64,000 bases of DNA from Eledone cirrhosa (lineage: Eukaryota), in contig OZ024742.1 in the NCBI GenBank assembly GCA_964016885.1, positions 187,178,001 to 187,242,000 of the forward strand. Reading direction: 5' to 3'. The position numbers were made by a program, and so were the translations under genes. A model generated the notes under the pieces. That model was not told where the DNA came from, did no database searches, and worked only from the letters and a program-made list of their open reading frames with translations. Below are positions 54,940 to 64,000 of this stretch, in pieces (positions within the stretch are counted from its first letter, which is position 1; every line of letters begins with the position of its first letter).

Positions 54940-56259
54940 TTATGTGTGTGTGTGTACACATATATATATGTATGTATATATATATATATAAACACACACA
55001 AACACACACATATATATAATCAAAATGCACAAGAAACCTCTTATGAGATCCACCATCATAAGAGACCAGCCGCATCTTCCCTGGTGTGAGCTGTCTGTAA
55101 CAACAACAGTGTTGTAGTATATCTGGTTCTCTGCTGTCTGACACTCTGAGTTCAAATTTCACCGAATCCAATTTTGCCTTTCATACTTTCGGGGTGGATA
55201 AAGAAAATATTAACTTATGGTGGCGTCGATTCTTCTTTGTTATTTTCCTTCTTTGCTCACCTCCTATCGCTTTCTGGAAGAAATCGGGTGTGATGAAAAC
55301 TTGAGAAGGATCGGTGATGCCTGGTTTAAACATGGTCAAGGCTCGTTGGACACCATGACGGCGCCCTTACGCATCAATTAGGAGTTATGGGATCAGTGAT
55401 TTCCATTATACAATTTCATATTTTCTTATGGCGAGAAATGTTCTCATATTTTTAGTCCCCTCGTGTAATTGGCAAACAACGCAATGTTGTTTGAACAAAT
55501 AAAGTATTTGATGATTCCTTCTCAGTTCATATTTGTATTTTTCTCTATTGAATTATTTCCTGTGTTTATAAATATTTTTGGATGTAAAACAAAGAGAGAG
55601 AGAGAGAGAAAGATAGAAAATAAATCAATTTAGTTTGTATGAAATCTATTTTACTATGTTTGAAAAATGCCTTTGTTGTTTTTGGCAAATGTTTTGGTTA
55701 GACTGGGATATACGATAATATTCCATTATGCATGATATATAAATAAATATTGAACTCGTTAATAAGCCTATATCTCCTTCCTTTCCGACAGAATAAATAA
55801 TGTATCGATAATTGTTTTAGTTGTTCGTTATTCGCCTTCTTTGCTTTGTTGATCCATAATGTAAAGAATTGATCCAAACAAAACACGTTTTTCTTAAAAT
55901 AAACTATCAACGAATCGTTAGTTAATATTTAATACAAAATTTATTTGCTGCCTAAAATTTTCCTAATCTATTAGATATAAACTTAACACAGAAGCTAATG
56001 CAAAACACCGCTGCTCATAAATGTGAAGGAAGATGTTTGATAATTGCCTTTAAACTCATGGCCGAAGCAAATTGATGTTGCATGAAGTGATAAAATTAAA
56101 ATTTCAAGATATTCTTAGAAATTAGGCTGGCTATTAAACTATCTCTTTAAATTACTGACCTTTTAACTCTTACTGGAATCATAGAGATGGCATCGGCACA
56201 TTTTAAACCAGGCGGAGACTACACCTCACTCTTTCTCATTCCCCTCTCCCGAGAGAAAG

Positions 56260-56343
<84 letters not shown>

Positions 56344-56544
56344 TTTACTAATTTATCTATCAACTTTGAAAGTAGTAAAAGCAAAGTTGGTCTCGGCGGG
56401 ATTTGAACTTACAGCACAGACACCTCGAAATGAAAACAAGTACTCTATCCGTCCTGCCAATTTGCAACCTTAAGTTTCAGATACTTGTACGATATTTATC
56501 TTCTCTGTGGATCCCCATTCAGGAAGCTTATTTAGAAGAAAGAA

Positions 56545-57026
56545 AGATCATGAGTCTTGGGTAATGACCGAAAGAATACGATCGCGAGTAAAAGCGGCTG
56601 AAATGGGATTCCTCCCCGTCTTTGAAGTAACATTACTCCATAAATTTCGTAACCTGGAGGTCAGAGAGTCACTCCAGGCAGAGCCGCTACTTCTGTGAAT
56701 TGAGAGATCCCAGCTCTGGTACTATGGGAATGCGGTTAGTATGTGGTTAGAATCAGGAAAGAACCACCGGACAGATTTTATCGGCATGAAACCCAGGGGT
56801 AATCCCGAGCAAGATGGTGGGATAAAATCTATGAGCTTAGCTGGTCACAGGGATCCAACCGGATGCAACCATCTCCAGTTGGAGATGGTTCCTTGTGACA
56901 GGACCTGTTGGAAGATGTGTTCGATGAATCAGCCACTACGACATTCTCGGGCGAAGAAGAAGAAGAAGAAGAAGAAGAAGAAGAAGAAGAAGAAGAAGAA
57001 GAAGAAGAAGAAGAAGAAGAAGAAGA
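56545..57026 (+). mobile_element. Decayed RTE-like LINE 3' end with (GAA)n tail
   Basis: ESWVMTERIRSRVKAAEMGFL..RNLEVRESL..EPLLL*IERSQL; (GAA)n at 56953-57027. Confidence 0.7.
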
Positions 57027-57554
57027 ATATTTTGAATATATTTCAATGAATGAAGTAAAGTTCATACTTTCCTATAAGCGAAAAGGAAGCCAAACATTTA
57101 AAAGAAGGCTCTTGAAACGCTGGCACTCTATGGCTGTAAAGAGGACTAGAAACGCTGTGAAAATATGTTACATTAGAATATTTTCTAAAAGCCATTAACA
57201 AAGGATTGTATCTAAGCAGAGGGGAAAATGTAAACGTGTATTTTAGACGTGTAAAATATTATTGAAATCTTCCTTTTCTCGCAAACAACTCTTTCAGCTT
57301 GCTAGAACTACATCGCAGAAAATTATTCTTGCGACAAACGAACCATAGAAATGAATAATATTTGCCGATTTCACTGATTTACGTATCAGTAAGTTCGCTG
57401 GCAGTGTGTTTATTAAGTAAAGTGTTGCGACATCAGGCTCAATGAATACATTGCAAATAAACTCATATACGTACGACTATTAAACATGGTAGATCCTCGG
57501 TCCGTTTCGACGACAAACATTCATTCAAGTTGTGATTTCACGTACACTTAATAC

Positions 57555-57655
57555 TTGTTTCTACTATTGGCACAAGGCCAGCAATTACCCAGTACATAAC
57601 TGGTACTTTATTTTACCGACCCTGTAAGGATGAAAGGCAAAGTTAATACTGGCGC
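57555..57655 (-). mobile_element. SINE family 1, 3' half
   Basis: TGTTTCTAC..GGCACAAGGCCAGCAATTACCCAGT..GGATGAAAGGCAAAGTTAA. Confidence 0.8.
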
Positions 57656-57872
57656 CAGATGTTTCTCAATATATACATTACAGAAACTAAACCATTAGAT
57701 GAATAGTAATCAATGCAGTTTTTTCTCATTTATTTAGTAAACATTCTGTTACTCAAGAATTTCAACTTTACATATTCTGAGTTCCATAATTCAATACAAT
57801 AAAAAATAAATGAATAGTCACACGGTTCCCCAATCCTGACGGACGTACACAGGCACGCATATTGGCATTATA

Positions 57873-58030
57873 TGACGCCATGCTTTCTAGCATAGTTACG
57901 TCCCTTTACGATCTGAGTTCAAATCCCGCCGAGGTTGATTTTGCCTTTCATCCTTACGGGGATCGATAAAATAAAGTACCAGTAATGCACTGGGTAATTG
58001 CTGGCCTTGTGCCTAAAGTAGAAACAATTA
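57873..58030 (+). mobile_element. SINE family 1
   Basis: Near-identical to 17710-17866. Confidence 0.85.
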
Positions 58031-58595
58031 TATATATATATATGTATATATGTGTTAAATATTGCCTGTACAGGCAATCAAAGTGTGTATACATTTTTTG
58101 GGAGACCGCATATAAACACACACACACACACACACACACACGCGCGCACACATGTATATATATATATATATATATATGCACTGCACATTTGTTATCGCAA
58201 TGAGCATGTGGTCTATGGCCGGTGGTCACAAACATAAATTCGGTGACTTCCGTAAACTCTCTCTCTCTATATATATATACGTCCAATCTGTAAGATAAAC
58301 GACTATGTGTGGGTAATGTTATTTATATATCATATAAATCTGGACAGTCTCTATGCTCTAATCTTTCAACAATAGTTAGAACTGCAACTATTATTTACAA
58401 CAGTTGGGTGATATCGGCGGCCATTATACAACTTAGCACTGTAGTATGTAATACCTCTCAGCGGGTGATTGCCTCTTATGAATGGGAAAGTTTAAAAGAC
58501 TCATACCAGTCATGTTGCTGCCATCGCAAGCAATTTCACACTTGTCGTGACAGACACACACAAACACACAAACACACACAGACACACACACACAG

Positions 58596-58713
<118 letters not shown>

Positions 58714-58739
58714 CCCCCCACATACACACATATATATAC

Positions 58740-59447
58740 ATGCTCCGCTGGATGTGTAATAGTAATATAAGTGAACGGCAAAGCATAAACGAACTAAGCA
58801 AAAAATTAGAAATAAGAGGGATCAGATGTTGTTTACTCGAGAGAAGGCTACGTTGGTATGGTCACGTGATGCGCATGAAATACGACAGCTGTATAACAAA
58901 GTGCAGGGCAATAAAGATAGACGGTAGCCACAGAGTAGGCAGACCCAGAAAAACCTGGGACGAGCTGATAAATTCCGACCTCAAACACTTACACCTCTCA
59001 AACACAATGTCACTGGACCGAGACCTTTGGCAGTACTCAGTAATAGAGAAGACCCGCCTTAGCTAAATACAAATTAAAACCTACTACAGTCAGTAGGCAT
59101 CTCTAACAAAATACACCCCGTCCCACCACCCCCACCCCATCCACATCGCCCCTTTCAATGTAAAGTTATGTTGGTGCCACAACATCCAGGCCGAAACAAA
59201 TGAGATCGTGTAGGTGTCACGACAAAAAAACACACAGTCCACGCTGTAATGTGGCCGTGTAGGCAACACGGTAAAAACGTCCCAGCCCCGCACTGTAAAT
59301 GTGGTTGGTGTTAGGAAGGGCATCCAGCTGTAGAAAACCCGCCAGACAGTCCTATGCGAGCAAGACAATCACTCTTGCCTCAAGTGGGAAAACTCCCGTC
59401 CAAACCCATGCAAGCGTGGAACACGGACGTTAAACGATGATGATGAT
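58740..59447 (+). mobile_element. RTE-clade LINE 3' fragment with 3' UTR and (GAT)n tail
   Basis: MLRWMC..RRLRWYGHVMRM..GRPRKTW..DL is a typical RTE C-terminus; ends GGACGTTAAACGATGATGATGA. Confidence 0.85.
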
Positions 59448-59623
59448 ATATATATATATATATCAAAGTAGGTAACATTACAACAACATTGTTATATTTT
59501 TAACATCGAATGTTCTAATTGTATAGCTGTAAAAATACATGGTACTTTCAGCCCCCACTTTCCTCTCTCTCTCTCTATATATATATATATATTTATACAC
59601 ACACACGCACACACACACACATA

Positions 59624-59665
<42 letters not shown>

Positions 59666-60275
59666 TATATATATATATCACGTTTATACATGATAGTGTC
59701 TGCTTGGGCGTAAAACTAAAACTAGATAATATAACATGGTATGTTGTCCTCAATATACTTCTATAATATTTATAACATGGCAGTTTGTAAATGTTGATGT
59801 TCAATTTGATAGGAAGATTTACTTTTGATTTCACATCTTATATTCTGACCGACTCCAGTTCTCTCAATGTATACATCGATTATATTACTTTTTAAATTGC
59901 TAAGTTTGTGTTAATATAAAATAAAAGTATGAAAGAAAGCATCCGAAACTCGATATAAATCGACATTTTTGTTTGTTATTAAACAAATATATATATATAT
60001 ATTTATATATATATAAATAAATTAACGGATTCATAAACTGGCATTAGTCCTTGTAGTTTATGAGTTCAAATGAAAAAGAATATAATTATATATGTGATAT
60101 ATAGTTATAAAGGAGGATAAATTCATTCTGATTCATATTTTTAACCATTATGCGTCTATCTCACCTTTCTTAGTTTATTGATCCCATACACCTGCTGGTT
60201 TTCCCTATTCATTGATAAACATATACTCTCTCTCATGTGTTATCTTTTCTACATATTATATATATATATTATATA

Positions 60276-60342
<67 letters not shown>

Positions 60343-60347
60343 ATATA

Positions 60348-60993
60348 TAAAGAATAAAAGATGAAATCAAAAATGCAACTGGTGTCTTATTTAAAAAAAA
60401 TATATTTATTTGGTTCCTTTACCGGTTTCGGAGTTCTTCTGCTTTTCAAAAGTAGAGTTGAGATGGAGGGTCTGTGGTTTTTCTCACATCTGGCTGGTCT
60501 TTGAATGTTACTTGTTTTATATGGAAAAAATTGGCTCGAAACGCCAGGTTTTTAGAGATGTAATTTGATTGGTTCGTCAATAAATTTCGCGCCAGTTCGC
60601 TTTACAACGTTCTTCAAACAGGGGGGGGGGGGGGGGTCTCAGGTTGTTTTTTCATATATGAGTGTTTGAATTTCTTTTTACTTTAAAAAAAGGGGCTCAC
60701 GAAGGCTTTTTTTTAAAATATATAATTTGATTGGTTATAAATCAAATTATGACTGTCACGTGAACAAGTACATTAAATTTCGCACTCGTATTTGGGAATT
60801 TATTTTGTAGCCTTTTAGAGTATTTTATGACAAGAAAAAGATAATGGTCAAGAGGAATGGATGGGAGAATTGTTCTGGTTCAGTGAATATGGTTAGTTCG
60901 CTGGAGTGTCAGAATTCAGATTTTCTATTGAAATAAAGAAAGTAAAGATATGTATGTTTATTTGTGTGCTTGTGTGTGTGTGTGTGTGTGTGA

Positions 60994-61040
<47 letters not shown>

Positions 61041-62148
61041 TGTGTGTGTGCGTGTGTGTGTGTGTATGGGTGTTATGTGTGGGTGGGAGCATGATTAGTA
61101 TGTTAAGATGAAGAGAATATATATTGTGTGTGTGTGTGTGTGTGTGTAGTAAAATGATTCCATTAGTAGGAATATTTTTGAATTAACATATTTTCCTTAC
61201 TTATTCGTATTTGTTCTGTTGCATTGTCAGCGCAAACGTATGTTAAGGTTTATTTAGTTCGGGTTTTTATTTTCTAAAGTAGAAGGTGTTATGCGTGTAT
61301 GTGTCTGTTTGGATGGTTAGCATGTTATGGTGTTGACATAATGTATATTAAACCATATTTAATGCTGGTCTATATTTTTGAATAAATATATTTTCGTTAT
61401 TTATTCGTATTTGTTCTGTTGTATTGTCAGCGCAAAGGTAAAATGGGACGACTTGGAATTTGGGTGTCTTATTAATTGCGCATATGTCTAGATGTGCGCT
61501 TAGTGGTATCTGTCTCGTGGTTGGATCTCGTAATTGTTGGCGATGAACTGTCATTCTGTTTCTGAGTGTGAGTTTAGTTTGTCCTATATAATCTTCATTG
61601 CATCCTTTACATTTAATGGCATAAGCTAGAGTATTTGATGAGCAAGAGAAGTGATTTTTTACAGCAAAATTTTGTCCTGATTGAAATGTATACGTGTTGC
61701 CTTCAATGAGTTGAGTGCAGGTTCCACAATTAGAGCGACCACATTTGTTGACAGTTGGTTGTGGGTTTGTCGTAGGTAATTTGGCATTGGTGAGTAATTT
61801 TTTCAGTGATTTCGGTTGTCTTTTGCTTTTGATTATTTTGTGTGTTTCAAGGGCTTTTTTCATTCTTGAGTTTTGTTTCAGTAGTGGGATGTTCATGTGA
61901 ATAGTGTTGTAAGCTTCCGCATTTCTTGGGTTGTGTGTTGAGATATATGATAGAATATTGGATGTACCTTGAATTTGTTTCTGTTTTCGTAATTCATCAA
62001 TGCCTACGCTTTAGTCCTTTCTATTCCATTATTTATTAGTAATGGTGGGTACTGTCTTTCGAGTAGAATTTTCTTTAATTCTTGAAGTCTTTTATTCGCG
62101 TTTCATAATTGGAGACAATTGTGAAAATTCTTCTTGCTAGGTTAAAAG

Positions 62149-62150
<2 letters not shown>
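60348..62150 (-). mobile_element. 5'-truncated Neptune-like PLE, second copy
   Basis: PFNLARRIFTIVS near 62150, endonuclease ORF, 3' UTR colinear with 8663-9960; (TA)n at both ends; U3-A8 HHR at 60417-60452. Confidence 0.88.
61348..61896 (-). pseudogene. Neptune-type Cys-rich linker + GIY-YIG endonuclease (fragment)
   Basis: KCGRSNCGTC..FSCSSNTLAYAIKCKGCNEDYIGQTKLTLRNRMTVH..H..E..FI..PALN. Confidence 0.88.
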
Positions 62151-62179
<29 letters not shown>

Positions 62180-62739
62180 CTAAAGCTGACGGCCGTATAT
62201 AGGTAACAAACTTTCCGCCAAACGGCTGGACCACACAGCACCAAATTTGCACCATAGAAGTAACTTTTTCCAAGTAAAAAAGTAAGGGTATTTTCGTCTA
62301 CTGAATTTTGTTAAAAGATTAAAGACATTATTTAAATATTCACTTCTTGAAAATTTCAAATGTCAACACTTCCGGTTATACGTCATTCCTCACTTTTTCT
62401 TATGACGTCGCACAACATTCCCCTCTTTTTCTTAGTCTGTATGTCTGGCTGTCTGCAATAGATAACATTTTTCGAAATATTTACTTCTGCGTTCACAGAG
62501 GATTTTTTTTAGTTAAGGGTGAAAGCAGCGATAATTTGCTTAAACTTTAATGTTATTTTAATATATATATTCGTGTACATATATTTTTGCATGCACAAAA
62601 ACACAAACCTATTTATTTCACTAAGTAATAATCTAATTGAACTGAATAGAATTTATTAGAAAGGAAAAAAACGAAGATAATACGTCATTAATGAGTTAAT
62701 ATCTGTATACAACAACTACAACGGTACGCGATGGGGCCC

Positions 62740-64000
62740 ACCCACAGCCCTGGTGGACAGAATGGAGAGGCGTTTACTCGGAGGACGGCAAGGGAGACGC
62801 CCTGGAAAAGCCACTCCAACTCGCGGGGCTCACACCTGCGGCTGGCCAGCTCAGCGCCTATGGTGGTAAGTAAGGAGGTAGCCCTGGGGCTGAGGACACC
62901 AGAAATCTCCACTGAAAGGGGTACGACCGGAAACCTGTCGGAGAGCGACCGGTATTTGAGGAGTTTGGCCCGCTCAGCGCGACGTGCAGCAGAACCTGTG
63001 TCAGTCGCAGACTGCACCCAGATTGCGGCTGCAGAAAGTGTCGGTGCAATTGGCATCCCAGACAAGGGGTTTGCCACCACGGAATGGGAAGATAGTCATG
63101 CCATCTGGCATTTTGCCGTCCCCTCTATCCAGCCCCACCGGCTCGAGCTGGGAAGGGAAGCATGCAGCGTCCAAGCCATGCTTAATGATCTCGTTGAGGG
63201 CAGCATGGCGTGGAATGCGGTCGGCACTGTAGAGACAGGAAAGCGGGTGGAGGCTGAAATAATCCACGGTGGAACTGCAGCGACATTGGTGTAGTTGGTA
63301 GATCCGGATGCCGAGACTAAGGGAAACGCCGATTCGCAAGCTATGGTTGTCTAGCTGCGTGCCAGTGGAGAAGAAGGGCAGGGCATGGAGCCAGGCACCA
63401 CTGTGGGGTTTGGAGGCCGCACGAAAACAAGCAAGGTGGTGCTGGTCAAGCTTGCGCGTGAGCCTGTCTGAGGCCAGGCTGCACTGGATGGCATCCCAAG
63501 TGCTTTGGGGGACTTGACGTCAATAGGGGGAGAAAGAGGAGGGACGTCTATTGGGCTAAATCCCAGCCGGTTCCAGGTCTCATAGGCGGCCTCGCGTTCT
63601 CTGAACACAGAGGGTTCTGTTGTGTTTTGAAGAACCCTGCTGACGAGGACGCGGCACGAGCTTACCTATGAAAGATACGCCGGCAAAGCTAGTGAGATCG
63701 AGGACCGGAGGCCAAGGCCGCCATACGTGACAGGTAAAATGGCCTGTTGCCACCCTATGACGTCAAACTTGACGTTGCATACCCTCTCGGCTGTTGCTCG
63801 GATACAAGTATCGAGGTCAGCGAAGAGAGATGTCTGGGTGTAGCATGGAGTGCTAAAGCACAGACAGCTTATTGTCATTGTTATTGTTCGAGGTTAGAGG
63901 GCCACAGTCTTTCCAAGATCTGAGAACCGTCAATGGCCATCAATTTTCCACTAACCGTTTGGCTTGCCGGATGCGTGGTATGTTACACGATGACAGCCAT
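62740..64000 (-). mobile_element. CRE-like non-LTR retrotransposon 3' region (frameshifted; may continue past the window)
   Basis: LPVTYGGLGLRS..LALPAYL, SGAWLHALP, C.C..H..SC, RH, EP.GL.RGDGK.PDG.T..P...GKPLVWD..C.DT, K..KY, P..VE.SG: REL endonuclease of CRE type. Confidence 0.75.

Noticed and set aside
55200-55500. Possible mariner C-terminal remnant on the minus strand
   Set aside because: Too degraded to support by eye.
62178-62330. ACTAAAGCTGA..AAACGGCTGGACC..CCAAATTTG resembling a Helitron/Helentron-type end
   Set aside because: Single copy here, with no 3' hairpin or terminus identified.

Overview
Very AT-rich eukaryotic non-coding DNA made almost entirely of microsatellites ((TA)n, (CA)n, (TAA)n, (GA)n, (TAGA)n, GGT/GTT) and transposable elements. 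The SINE families and repeat landscape suggest a cephalopod (Octopus-like) genome; this is an inference from recalled repeat sequences. No host exon could be supported, and most ORFs in the track are microsatellite artefacts. Recognisable elements: Penelope-like elements (PLEs) of three types (a Hydra-like copy with an open 797-aa RT + GIY-YIG ORF lying back-to-back with a decayed relative, a Nematis-like copy, and two Neptune-like copies); three tandem 5'-truncated R4/Dong-type non-LTR elements in one (TAA)n tract; CR1/L2-, RTE- and CRE-like fragments; Tc1/mariner relics; and many tRNA-derived SINEs. The most notable signal is RNA structure. About 20 type-I hammerhead ribozyme (HHR) motifs, intact to decayed, from at least 7 dissimilar sequence families were found by eye. 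They include a Neptune family with a compensatory U3-A8 core, an HHR with a ~100-nt stem II domain, ORF-less HHR elements embedded in (TA)n, and foldback palindromes whose apex falls inside the ribozyme core. All folds were done by hand and none has been tested.
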